This document shows positions 1 to 11,433 of a stretch of 64,000 nucleotides of DNA, piece by piece. How positions within the stretch are numbered: position 1 is the stretch's first letter; every line of letters starts with the position of its first letter. The notes under the pieces are model-generated. The model saw only the letters and a list, made by a program, of their open reading frames with translations, was not told the origin of the DNA and did not search any database. A program made the position numbers and the translations under genes. The stretch comes from Emiliania huxleyi CCMP1516 (Eukaryota): contig NW_005201287.1 in the NCBI RefSeq assembly GCF_000372725.1, positions 713,081 through 777,080 on the forward strand, given 5' to 3'.

Positions 1-187
1 TTGCCTATGACTCGCACCATAGGCTGGCGGCTCTGTGCTTCGGCAGGCTGGGGTCGAAGGTTACGGCTTACGGTCCTGACACGAGAAGCACGCGTGTGGC
101 TAAAGTGCCACGTCCGACGACAGCAGCCCGACAGCAGCGCCGACAGCTCGGTGCCTTCTCAGTCTCGTCTCTCGGAAGACACACACG

Positions 188-3100
188 ATGGCCCGCGCTC
201 AGCGCTGCGCTCCGACCACTGCTGTGATTGGCGCCGGCTTAGCACTCCTCCTCCTCAACAATGAGCTGCTCTCACACGCTGCGGGCCGAGGCGGTGCCGA
301 GGCCAGAGAGCCACTCCTTTTCGATGACACGCCGCGTGTGGAGGCCGGCGCAATGCCCGCTGCTGCCACTGAGGCCGCGTCGAATCCGCCACCTTCGCCT
401 TCGCCACCTCCGCCTTCGCCGCCACCTCCACCGCCGCTGCCCCCGCCACCGCCTCCGCCACCGCCTCCGCCACCGCCTCCGCCACCGTCGCCGTCACCGC
501 CTCTGCCTCCGCCGTCGCCGTCGCCACAGCTCGTCTTCCCGGCCACCACTCCAGCCGGTGCGGCCAACTCGACGGCGTGCGGACCGGGCCGCTCTCCGTA
601 CCACGTGCTCCTCACCGCCTCGTCCGGCCACTACCAACGGTGGCAGACCCGCGTCTTCTTCCACCACTACACGGCCATCAAGGCGGCGCACCCGTGCTCG
701 GACCTGGGCGGCTTCACGCGGCTGCTCACCCTCCCCGACCGCCTCACGCTGGCGGAGGAGGACCGCGGCCTCTCCGCCGTGATGACGACCATCGTCGCGA
801 GGGAGCTAACCAAGGCGCGGCGCGGCCGCGTCGCAGTGCGGCCGCGCGCGGAGTGTGATGGGGCGGTCTCATCACACGAACGCGGCGTGTAGGAGACGGA
901 GGACCTCGGCTTCGTCGTGCTCAACCGGCCAACCTCGATCCGCGCCGTGCTCGCGTCGGGGCATCTCGCCCCCTCTCGCGGCCCCCGCCACACACGCGCG
1001 CGACTCGTGTCCCGGCCCCTTGCGGCGCAGGCAGCTCGCCGCGCGGCTGGCACCGGACGAGCGGCACGTCTTCATCGTCGAGACGGACCACGTCCTCCTC
1101 AAGCCGCTCCCAAACTTGCTCGCCACCGCAGCTGGGGGCGAAGAGGCCGCCGTTGGCCCGCCCGAGCACGCCTCCGCGACACGCGACACGCCCACGCACA
1201 TGCTGCATGCACAACATGCACAACATGCATGCACGTGCTGCACATGTCACATGCACATGTCCGAGACCTGCCCCTCAGGCCGCCGCCTACCCCTTCCACT
1301 ACATGGACCCGAGGCGGCCGGGGTGCGCGCCCATCGTGCGGCGGCACGCGGGGTCGGCCGAGGCGGCGGCGCGCGTGCAGCAGGTCGGGCCGAGTCCGCT
1401 GCTCATCTCGCTCGAGGCGCTGCGCTTATTAATAGTTAATTAAGCGCTTAATTAATTACTAAGTAAGCGCTCATCTCGCTCGAGGCGCTGCGCCGCGTCA
1501 TCGACGGGCGGCCGGCTGCGCTTCGTCGGCACGAGAGGCGCGGCCGGCGCCCTGATTGCGCGGCCCGTGTGGCGGAGTAGGTGGGTCAACATCTCCTTCG
1601 ACATGAAGCGGGACGGCGAGGCGGACGCCGAGTTCAACTGGATGCTCGAGATGTGGGGCTACTCCGTCGCAGCGGCGCGCGCCCCCCTCAAGCACTTGGT
1701 GGTCGAGCGGCTGCAGATCGAGCCGTCGCAGCAGTTTGGCGTCCGGATCACGCCCGAGGCGGCGGGGCCGCGCTGGTACGAGGCCGGGGGCGAGCCGACG
1801 CACCACGTGCTGCACTACACTTTCTCGCACGAGTTCTCGCGCGACGGGGTGCGAGGGAGGGGGCGGAGAGGGAGGGGGCGGAGAGGGAGGGGGCGGAGAG
1901 GGCACACGCACACACGCACACACACACACACAAGAGAGGGGGGGGGGGGAAGGGAGGGGGGGGGGGGGGGGGAAATTGCCCCCCCCGTGATCCGAGCGGA
2001 GTGGGGCCCCCAAAGGGCGGGACTCCCCCCGCGCAGGTCCCCATGGGGGACAACCCCCACGGCGAGGGGAAGCTCCAAAAGGGCGCCTTCCAGGGGGGGG
2101 GGGCCCGCGACCTGGCGCCGCCGCCTCGTTGCCCCCTCGAGGGGGGGGGGGAGATTGCAACCCGCCGTGATCGGAGCGGAGTGAGGCCTCGAGAGGGCGG
2201 GACTCCCGCCGCGCAGGTCCCGATGGTGGACAACCGCGACGGCGAGTGGAAGCTCGACAAGCGCGCCTTCCAGCGCGGCGTGCCCCGCGACCTGCCGCCG
2301 CCGCCTCGCTGCGCCCTCGAGGCGGCGTGGGTGCTGTGGCGCAAGCTGCACGAGACGATGGAGGCGGCGGCGCCCGGCCCGAACCACTGGGAGGACGCGC
2401 CGCTGCCGGCCAGCCCGACCGCGGTACTGGCGGCACGCACGCGCGCGCTCTCTTCGCTCGGCGTCGCCGCGCGGCTCGTGGGGAGCGGGCCGTGGAGGTG
2501 GGGAGGCGACGGCGACCTGTACTTGCTGCGGGGCGGCTGGGCGATGACGCCGTGGGGGAGCGCGCGCTGGGGCGCCGCACAGAACTGGCACGAAGTTGCT
2601 GGGGACGCGGCGCCGGCCGGCGCGCAGGTCGCTCTCTACTTGTGCGGCTACCAGCGGTGGACATGACCACGACACGTCCGGGACACGTCCGGGACATGTC
2701 CCCATAGGTCGTCCTCTACCTGTGCGGCTACCAGCGCTGGACCCACTCGGCGAGGCTCGAGGAGGAGGGGGGCACCACCACTCTCGTCCTCGAGGGCCGC
2801 CCCCCGCCCCCCGCCGCCGGCGACGCGCGGGGAGGCGGCGGCGCGGGCGAGGAGGCGGGCGCCGCGCGGAGCGAGCAGAGCCGCGCGGTGCTGCAGGGCC
2901 CTCTACTGACTCCCACCGCGGACGAGGCGGAGGATGCGGCGTCCGCGATCGCCGCGGCGGACGACACGCGCGCGGACGCCGACGCCGACCCGGCGGCAGT
3001 GCGGCGGCGCCTCCTCGGCACTGGGCCGTGGGAGCACGGGCCGCTCGCCGGCAGGCAGCTCTTCTTCCTCGCGGGTGGAGTCGCGTTCGATGGGCGCGGG

Positions 3101-3792
3101 CGGCGGCGAGGCAACTGGAGCGTGCTTCCGCCGCCCGCCGGCGGCGCGCTGGCCGAGGCGACGCCCGCGGCGGGCGTTGCGTCTCACCGCCGCTCACGGC
3201 ACGGGCGGGAGTCGTGTCGATTGAGAGCAGGTGCGGCTGGCGATTGGCGGGGCGGCCCCACTCTCCCTCGAGGCGTCGGGGCTGGCGGCAGAGGTGATGC
3301 GTCCCCTCCCAGGCTCTCACGACTGCGCGCCGCGCCGCCTAGGCGTCCTGCTGGAGGCTGAGGCAGAGAGAGACGCGGCTGGCGGCGGCCGATTTTGTGT
3401 GGAAGGCGCCGGCGCGCCGCTGCTTCTCGAGCTGCTCCGACCGCACTTCGCCGCCGACCGAGGCGGCGGTGCGGTCGTCGGGCCTCGGCCGCGTCGCCAT
3501 GGCGGCGGCGTGGTCGTGGGGCTTCAACCGCGAGGGGGTGCGTTTCGTGGTCGAGAAGGGGGAGGCGCTCTTCCGCTCGCCGTGGGGGCAGGGCCGGTGG
3601 GGCTTTGTGCCGTCGCGCGACGACGTCATCTTCGTCGACTTTGCGCAGCAAATGCACATGCTGCGCTTCGACCGCGCCCATGCGCGCTTCGTGTCGACCC
3701 GCTGCTCCGACGGCGACACCGTCTCGGGCAACCCGCTCGGGGACACAGCCGACATCACGCGCCGCCTCGAGGATGGCTGGGACAAGTGGTGA
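188..3792 (+). CDS. Hydroxyproline O-arabinosyltransferase (HPAT/RDN1)-like glycosyltransferase, multi-exon, with Pro-rich stem and long C-terminal extension
   Basis: N-terminal TM segment and poly-Pro, then HPAT-family motifs in order across exons: YHVLLTAS..YQRWQTR, DLGGFTRLL, VLNRP, ETDHVLLKPLPNL, YPFHY, QVGPSPLLI, FNWMLEMWGYSVAAA, HYTF, GEWKLDKRAF..PRDLPPPP. Linkage of the 3' exons up to the stop at 3792 is inferred. Confidence 0.8.
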
Positions 3793-4215
3793 ACCATGCG
3801 CCGTTATGTCCCGGTGGGCAAGTGAAACTTTCATCTATCTAAAGTCCGCGTGCGGCAGAGGCCAGACGCCAGAGCTCTCTGGGTGTCTCTGGCTGATCGA
3901 ATTCGATCTCGATGTAGCAGCGCGGATTTTATTCTAGTTTTTGTTTTGTGTGTGTTCATGCAGCAATCATCATTTTGTGGGCGACGAGAAAAAAAAGGGG
4001 ACAGACACAAGAGATTGAAGATCCCTCACACCAAGATCGTGCAGGGCGGGGACACATGTCCCTAAATCCCATCTCGTCTCAGAGTTTGACCGTTTTTATT
4101 TATTTATTTATTTACCACGCGGTCGCGCGGTCCTATTGCAATAGTCGCGGTCTGGGCTCACTCTGGCTCGTGGTGTCACAACCTGTAAAGATGGCGAGAG
4201 GCCCAGCGGGCGCGC

Positions 4216-6290
4216 TCAGAGCTTCTCGAAGACAAAGAGGACCCCCTCTAGCTGCGCGCGCAGCACGAGCAGCGAGTCGTCGAGGAAGACGGGCGTGCAG
4301 GCGCTCAGCACGCGCAAGGCCTTGGCCTGCTTGTCGGCGGGCTCCCAATTGCGCCCGCCCGCGCTGAGGCGGTCTGCGCGTACCAGCAGCTGGCCGGCGG
4401 AGCCGACGCTCCACGAGCAGTCTGCGGTGACCGCGTCGACGCCGGCGAGGCCGCCGAGGAGCGAGAAGATCGAGCCCTCCCGCAGCGAGACGGGCTCGAC
4501 GAAGGAGAGGAGCCGGTAGCCAGCCTGTGTGTCCGCAGGCCGGGTGCGGGGTCTCCGCTGGAAAGGCACGTGCAGGGGGGCCGGCGGGGCGGAGGGAGGG
4601 GGGGGGGGGGGGGCTCCACCTCGCCGCTCTCGGTTTTCATCGTGAGTCGTCTGTGAGCTGTCTAGGAGGTGTCTACGAAGTGTCTAGGAGGTGTCTAGGA
4701 AGTGTCTAGGAAGTGTCTAGGAGGTGTCTAGGAAGTGTCTAGGAGGTGTCTAGGAAGTGTCTAGGAAGTGTCTAGGAGAGTGTCTAGGAAGTGTCTAGGG
4801 CGTGTCTAGGAAGTGTCTCGGAGAGTGTCTCGGAGAGTGTCTAGGAGAGTGCCTAGGAGAGTGTCTAGGAGATCGCCTCCGCCCGCCGCTCGATCTTCAT
4901 CGTGAGCTGCGGCGTCTCGACGGCGGCGAAGTCCGCGGCGTAGCCGGTGAGGCCGCCGTTGCGGTGGAAGGCCTTTGACGTGGTGTAGCGCAGCTGCCAC
5001 GCGCCGGGCAGGTCGTCGGAGAGGTGCCTAGTCTCAAGGGGCGGTCGCCTCTGGAGGAGTCGTCGCGCTGGGGCGGGCTCCAGCGAGAGAGGGTGCCAGT
5101 CGGGGCCGGCGGGGCTCCCCTCCTCCTCGAGCTCGGACACGATCTGGGACACGTCGGCAGCGTCCTCCGCCGACACGCGCGCGCCCCGCTCGGGCACCTG
5201 CGAGGGAGGGCGGGATGGGGACGAGCGGCTAGGGGGTGGCGGTGAGGGAGGCGCGGCGCAGGGGCCCTAGGGTGAGGGAGATCGGAGAGGGGGAGGAGCG
5301 CGCAAGAAGGGGGCTGGGGGAGATGTCTCGGCAGTGGCACACCTCGTCGAGCAGCTCGAGCAGCTCCAGCACGAGGTCCTCCTCTCCCCCCTCCCCCTCC
5401 TCCTCCCCCTCCTCCTCCCCCTCCTCCTCTGCACCCATGGCCGCCGCCACCTCCGCCGCAGCAGCAGCCTCGCTCGGAGTCACCACCGGCGGCACAGGCG
5501 TCGCCGTCACTGCAGGCGTCGCCGCCACCGGGGTAGCCGCCACCACCACAGCCGCCGCCGCCACAGGCGCTGCCGCCGCCGCCGCCACCGTAGCCACCGG
5601 AGCCGCCACCGGCGCCGCCGCCACGGGAGCCGCCGCCACCGGCGCTGCCGCCACTGGCGCTGCCGGCGTCGCCGTCACTGGCATCGCCACCACCGGAGCC
5701 GCTGCCACGGGCATCACGGGCACGGGTGTCACCGGCACAGGCGCAGCCGAAGCCACTGGTGCAGGTGTCACCGGCACAGGTGCAGGCACAGACGCAGGTG
5801 CCACTGGCACAGGTACAAGTGTCACCGGAACAGGCGTTGCCACGGGCGTTGCCGTCACTGCTGCCGCCGCCACAGGAGAGAGTGCCACGGGCGTGGCCGT
5901 CACCGTCACGGGCGCCGCCGTCACCGTCACGGGCGTCGCCGTCACGGACGCCACGGGCGCGGCAGGCACCGGCGCCACAGGCACTGGCGCAGGGGCTGCC
6001 GCCGCCGCTGTCGCCACCGCCGGTGCTGGTGCTGCTGCCGGTGACGGCGAACGCCCGCGGGACGCTGCTGCCGGCGCTCGGGGTCCCTTCTTCTTGCCGC
6101 CCTTATTCTTCTTTGCGAGCAGCACGACTGGCCGCGAGCGATGCCCCTCCCTGTGCATCGGCCCAGCGCAGGAAGCATCCGAGCCGCCAGCCGCATGCCC
6201 GCCTCTGCTGAGCGCCCATGAGCCTCGCGCGTCGCGCGGCGCCAGTGCCGGGGCGAACGCAAGCGCCGAGGCGATTGCGACCAGCCACAT
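4216..6290 (-). CDS. PAP/fibrillin-family plastid lipid-associated protein with Ala/Pro/Val/Thr-rich linker, multi-exon
   Basis: Signal-like start MWLVAIASALAFAP (ATG at 6290), then IVSELE, LPGAWQLRYTTS and a C-terminal VFLDDSLLVLRAQLEGVLFVFEK that fits the fibrillin pattern. Confidence 0.65.
4660..4870. repeat. Intronic minisatellite, ~11-bp unit (GTGTCTAGGAA/GAG)
   Basis: Directly visible tandem array inside the fibrillin gene. Confidence 0.95.
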
Positions 6291-6932
6291 TGTTGAGGCT
6301 GGAGAGCCGAGGCTCGGACGAAAAAAATCCTCTTCTTCGCAGTCTGGAGGCGGGGGGCGAACCAAGTACGATAGAGAAACCACGGAATCGTAGCCCGATT
6401 CGCACGATCGACTGTGCCGTCGATTATCCGGCCCGCCGGCTGCGGGCTAGGTGCGCTTCATTGCTCCCCGGCCCCCCTAAGTGAGAGAGAGAGAGATTTT
6501 TATTAACCAACAAGAAATCACGACTCTCACAGTAATTTGGGCTCGGCAGCTTGTTAGCCCTCAGCCGAAGCTGGGGCCGGTCCCGTAGCCGAGAGAGCCC
6601 GCGCCGATGAGTTCGACGCGGTCGGGGGGGCCTGCGGAGAGGCCAGCGAGTTGGCGATCGCTGTACTTCTAAGTGTGAGGTTACCGACTGCACTCCAAGT
6701 GCTCCAAAAACTCAGAAAACCATTCCCTGCCCGCTAGACTGCTTTTTGTGCGTACCTACACGGCTACGCGCGTCTCGACGTCTGTGTCGAGTCATGCAGC
6801 GGCCAAGCTAGCCCAGGGAGGCCAGGACCAGCATCCCCGTGAACAGGGATCGCCCCGAGGAAGAGAGACGCAGCAAACTGACGCGAAGTTCGCAACAGGT
6901 AATCGGGCGGCGCTCTGGGAAGGGTACTCACT

Positions 6933-8354
6933 CTATTCGCCCTCTTCGCTCTCATCGCTCGAGGCACCCTCGAACTCCGGGTCGATCCCACCGTAAGGAG
7001 GAGCAGACGCGGCATCGTGGAGCAGAATGCTCCAGTCGCCGTCCTGAGTCTCACGCCAGCCGCAATTTCGGAATAGCCTTCGTCGGCCGCTTGACAGAGT
7101 CACGGTCGTCGAGTCGGCTTGCAGACGCGCCGGCTTGGGAAAGTGGACGAAAACCCATTCCGTGATGGAGCGCAGCAGTTGTTCAGTAACCAAGACGTCA
7201 TCGAGGTCGGAGCTGTCGATGCTTTCGATGGTCGGCCCGACACGCTCGTAGTGCTCGTAGTCACAATTACAGTAGCCCAGGACAGAGCGTCCCTTGACGT
7301 CGCCCATCGGCCCCCGCCGCAGCTCAAAGATCGCACGGGGTTCGCGATCGTTCATTTCGCCCTCGCTTTCCATCAGAGCTCGTGCAGCTTTAGGGTCTTC
7401 TGTCAACGGTCTGCCATCTGGGAAGACGCACCCCTCACACACACCAGCCTCCGGTTCGATAGTTTCGCTGCACCAGCAGCACCTCTCGACGATCTGAGTC
7501 TGGAAGACCACAATGTCCGCGTGCGGTGCAAGGCATGGCAAGCGCCACGAGTCGCGAGTGTGACCTTGGGTCGGAGCCTCTTGGGTGTCGACTTGGTGGC
7601 CTTGTCCGAGTCGCGGTTGTGACCTGGTCCGAGTCGCGAGCGTCTCCCACACATTGACTGGCAGGGGTTGTGAAAGCGCCACCAGCCACTCGTCACTCAG
7701 GTCTCGCGTCGGAAGCTCGAACCCGCAAACAGGCGCCAAAGAATGCAGGCCGAGGCACTGACAGAGCCAGAGCTTGACTGCCCTCGGCATCGTCGCTGGC
7801 AGCTCCAACATCGTCGCGTCGCTATGGCAGCCACCGATTCCCGCACCACAGATTTTCTCTCCGTCATGTCCAAGGGGGAGGTGGTCGATATCACTCAGGT
7901 AGAGAAGAGACCCTTGAGGGTCAACCTTTCGGAGTATTCGTTTTATCTTTCGAATGATTCCGCCGATTGTGCCACTGCTTTCGTCATCCGCAAGTTGAAG
8001 ATAGAGAAGGCACACGCCAGCGATGTTGTTGTGCAGCAAGCTGTCGAGGCGCTGTGCCCAGGTGGGGTGCAGGAGTATGCTGACTGGTGCCCCGCCATGA
8101 GGGGAGTACTCACCGATGCGGTCTTGAAGCAGGGCTCGTGTGGCGCGCTCGGCGCGCTCTTGGGCGGCGTGGCGCATCCATGTGGAGACTTGCGACGCGC
8201 GGCCAAGAGTCCCCGTGTCTGTCACGCCGGAGCAGTGGCACATGAAAGACATGACATGGCGAAGCAGCTCCACCGGCAGGTCAGGAAGCTCCACAGGCGG
8301 ACCGGTCAGCTCCACAGGCGGCTCGGGCAGCTCCACGCGCGGACCGGGCATCAT
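6933..8354 (-). CDS. Intronless hypothetical protein (473 aa) with N-terminal F-box-like motif
   Basis: LPDLPVELLRHVMSFM...LGRASQVSTWMR resembles an F-box. It is preceded by 21-bp tandem repeats (VELxxPP). GC content looks lower than in neighbouring genes. Confidence 0.55.
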   Translation of the reverse strand: MMPGPRVELPEPPVELTGPPVELPDLPVELLRHVMSFMCHCSGVTDTGTLGRASQVSTWMRHAAQERAERATRALLQDRIGEYSPHGGAPVSILLHPTWAQRLDSLLHNNIAGVCLLYLQLADDESSGTIGGIIRKIKRILRKVDPQGSLLYLSDIDHLPLGHDGEKICGAGIGGCHSDATMLELPATMPRAVKLWLCQCLGLHSLAPVCGFELPTRDLSDEWLVALSQPLPVNVWETLATRTRSQPRLGQGHQVDTQEAPTQGHTRDSWRLPCLAPHADIVVFQTQIVERCCWCSETIEPEAGVCEGCVFPDGRPLTEDPKAARALMESEGEMNDREPRAIFELRRGPMGDVKGRSVLGYCNCDYEHYERVGPTIESIDSSDLDDVLVTEQLLRSITEWVFVHFPKPARLQADSTTVTLSSGRRRLFRNCGWRETQDGDWSILLHDAASAPPYGGIDPEFEGASSDESEEGE

Positions 8355-8578
8355 TTCAGTAGAGACTTCGGGGACGCACGACGGACGGCGCGAGCCGCGA
8401 GCCCAGAACTTGACTCTGTGTTCACCGGACCAGGTCTACATCATCGATCGAAAATCTCTGTCGCGCGCTCCCCGCTCACCTGGCCAATCTCAACCAATAA
8501 ACTTCTCTCATCTCCCAATCTCAGACGAAGATAAACAACCGCGCCACGGCCAACGCAGTTACCATAGACACGAGATAT

Positions 8579-10051
8579 TCAACCAAACCGCCTCACAGCC
8601 TGCGGCATCACAAAGTCCATCCAGCAGTCCTTCAGACTCACCGCCGACCCCCGCCGATCGTCAAAGAGCGGCTCTCTCGCGAGCAGCTCCCCCAGCAGCA
8701 GCAGCTGCACCGCGCGCTTCCGGCAAGCCTCCGGGAAAAGCTCGTGGTTGTGCGGCGACCACGGCTCCGCCGCTCGCAGCACGAGGTGCGCCGGCGAGCC
8801 GTCGGCCGCGGGCGGGTCGGCTGCTCGCATCTCGCGCGCGATCGAGAGGGGCGTGGGCGGGGGCGGATCTGCGGCGATCGCCGCCGCCAGCCGCGCAACG
8901 AGCACCGGCTTGAGGCCATCGGTGGGCAGGCTCCGCTCTGCGAGCGCTTCGCGCAGCTTGCGCACGGTCAGTCTTGCGGGCGACGGGACGCGCGCCGCGG
9001 CGAGCACGTCCGCGCCGGCGCGCAGCTCGGCCCTCGCCCGCTCGGCGCCGATGATGGCGAGGTGGTGCAGCGGCGTCGTCCAGCGGCTGCTGAGCGACAG
9101 CCAAGCGACCACCTCCATGTGGTTCTGGTTGCGCGCCATCCCCTCCGCATCCCCGCGGAGGCCGTTCCACGTGATGGCGCGAGCAGCGCCGTAGCTGGAG
9201 GCGACCTGAACGCAGCGCAAGTGGCCCCAGCAGCAGGCGACGAGCAGCGGCGTGAGGCCGTCCCTCGCCCGATTCACCGTCGCGCCCGCGGCGAGCAGCA
9301 CAGCGGCAACCTCCGCGTGGCCGCTCACGCAAGCGACGAGCAGCGGAGTGGCGCCGTTTGACCTAACCTGGTTGACGTTTGCTCCCCCGGCGAGGAGGGC
9401 AGAGACGACGTCGGCGTGTCCCCTCTCGCAGGCGATGAGCAGCGGCGTCGAGCCGCTATTGGTCGGCTGGTCCACCGCTACGACTGACGGCCTAGAGGTG
9501 GGCTTGTGGTCGAGCAGCAACTTGGCGATGCACGCCCGGCCCTCCTTGCAGGCGGCGTACAACGGTGTGACGCCCGTGTTTGTCCTCCGGTCGACGGCCG
9601 CGCCCGCAACGATGAGGGCGGAGGCGATCTGCGTGTAGCCAAAATGACAGGCGAAAATAAGAGGCGTGAAGCCATTGTTGGTCGCCTGGTCCACCGCTTG
9701 GCCGGACGCGAGCAGCGCCTCCACCCTGGGCCTATCCCCCAGCCGCACGGCAGTCACCAGGTTGGTGTCGCTGTTGTCGATGAGCTGGCAGATGTTGAGG
9801 TCCCACTTGACAATCACCGTCCGGCCCGGCAGCGTCTTTGTGAACCTGGACGAGTGGTGACCGCACACACACGGCACCGGGAACTTGATGCTAGAGCCGG
9901 GCGAGAAGTCGCGCGGCAGGATGATGCGGAGCTTGGCGATGTGCGGCATCGCAACGTCCTCCTTTGCGAAGGCCCTCTCCCACTCCAGCGGCAACTCGCT
10001 CTCGTGCATCAGATGGGGAGGGGCGAGGGTCACCAGATTCGGGGCCGCCAT
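8579..10051 (-). CDS. Ankyrin-repeat protein with SAP domain
   Basis: About 5 G-x-TPL..AC..GH repeats, plus the SAP motif RLTVRKLREALAERSLPTDGLKPVLVARL. Likely start is MAAPNL at 10051. Confidence 0.85.
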   Translation of the reverse strand: MAAPNLVTLAPPHLMHESELPLEWERAFAKEDVAMPHIAKLRIILPRDFSPGSSIKFPVPCVCGHHSSRFTKTLPGRTVIVKWDLNICQLIDNSDTNLVTAVRLGDRPRVEALLASGQAVDQATNNGFTPLIFACHFGYTQIASALIVAGAAVDRRTNTGVTPLYAACKEGRACIAKLLLDHKPTSRPSVVAVDQPTNSGSTPLLIACERGHADVVSALLAGGANVNQVRSNGATPLLVACVSGHAEVAAVLLAAGATVNRARDGLTPLLVACCWGHLRCVQVASSYGAARAITWNGLRGDAEGMARNQNHMEVVAWLSLSSRWTTPLHHLAIIGAERARAELRAGADVLAAARVPSPARLTVRKLREALAERSLPTDGLKPVLVARLAAAIAADPPPPTPLSIAREMRAADPPAADGSPAHLVLRAAEPWSPHNHELFPEACRKRAVQLLLLGELLAREPLFDDRRGSAVSLKDCWMDFVMPQAVRRFG

Positions 10052-10404
10052 CGATGGACGGGCCGGCGCTGCGCGCGCAATGGGGAGGTGTCGCTCCGAG
10101 CGTTTCGCCCTAGCTAGAAGGGGGCGCCGCCGGCCAACGGGCCGACGATTGACGTTTCGCACCACAATACCTCGCAGTGCTTTGTTATAAGACAAAGTAC
10201 ACGACAGCTCCATTCGACCAACCATACAACAACCCATGTCCATGTCCATGTCATGTGCATGCACACCAAACACCCCTCCGACCCCCTGTATGGGCCACAG
10301 ACGGGCATTGCACGCAAGCATCTCATTGCTACTCTTGCTACTACTTCGCCGTGGAGCTAGCACCGCTGCCTCACGAGCCACAGCCCGTTAGTACCTCTGC
10401 CTTG

Positions 10405-11286
10405 CTACATGGTCATGGTGGTGCGCTCGAGCTCCTTGAGGGCCGCCTTGTGTGCGGCGACTTCGATGTTGGACATGTGCACCAGCACAGCCTGAGTGAG
10501 ACCAAACGGCTCCAGCTTGTAGTCATCGAGGATCTCCTCGAAGAGCTTGCGGGCATCTACCTCGTTCTCCTCGGAGAAGAAGACGATGCGCGAGCGGAAA
10601 GAGCGGCGAAACATCTGCTTGAGCCTGGCGCGGTAGGTCTCAATCTGGCCGCGCGCGGTGAGGGAGAGGTGCTTGTCGAGCTTCTTGTATTCGGTGAACC
10701 AGCCAGACGTCTTGTTGACGGCGTCAGCAATCCAGCCACCTGGCAGTTCGACCTCGGTCTCGTCCTCGATCGAGAGCATGTCCCTGACGATGGACTCGCG
10801 CTGCACGCGCGCCTTGGTCTCGGGCGGCAGCACAGCGTGGCCCTCCTCCTTGCGGACCCGCTCCTCGCGGCGCTCCAGCGCCTCGAGCTGCGCCGTCTTG
10901 GACTCCGACTTGGAGATAATGAGGATCTTCCTCCCAGCTTTGCACGGATACTGAACGACAAAGCCGTTCCTGCCTCGATTGTCGCGGTGGTGCTCGAGGT
11001 CAATGGCACGGGCGCCTTTGCGGATGCCTACGACTTTGTCCACGCGCCACATGCCACCGATCTTAAGAGCGACTTTCATCCCCACCTTTGCTGGGTTTGG
11101 CCCGTTTTCGTCCGTGAGGCGAGGCAATGCCGCCGGCGGCTCAGTCCAATCAAGTTGTGCGCCGGCGGCGGCGGCGGCGAGCGCCTTCTCGCTGGGAGGA
11201 TCGGCGTCCGGCTTGGGCGGCGGAGCCTTGACGGCGGTGCCGGGGGCCTCGTTCTCGGTGGCGGGCGGGAGGGCGTCGGTCGACAT
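10405..11286 (-). CDS. Hypothetical protein (~293 aa)
   Basis: Open frame with normal amino-acid composition and GC3-biased codons from MSTDALPP. No family recognised. Confidence 0.6.
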   Translation of the reverse strand: MSTDALPPATENEAPGTAVKAPPPKPDADPPSEKALAAAAAGAQLDWTEPPAALPRLTDENGPNPAKVGMKVALKIGGMWRVDKVVGIRKGARAIDLEHHRDNRGRNGFVVQYPCKAGRKILIISKSESKTAQLEALERREERVRKEEGHAVLPPETKARVQRESIVRDMLSIEDETEVELPGGWIADAVNKTSGWFTEYKKLDKHLSLTARGQIETYRARLKQMFRRSFRSRIVFFSEENEVDARKLFEEILDDYKLEPFGLTQAVLVHMSNIEVAAHKAALKELERTTMTM

Positions 11287-11433
11287 GCTGGTGCGAAGAA
11301 GCGTGTTAGGACAACGGTCTTCAGGGGGGGGGGGGGGGCGAAGCTCGCAATTCTTTTGAGCTGTCGCAACACGGACACACACACATGACTTGTATTTTAT
11401 TATTTTTTGTCGATAATAATAATTCTCGGGTGT

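Noticed and set aside
5236..6393. Plus-strand Ala/Thr/Gly-rich antifreeze- or mucin-like ORF
   Set aside because: The minus strand has the signal peptide and joins the fibrillin exons, so the plus frame is its antisense.
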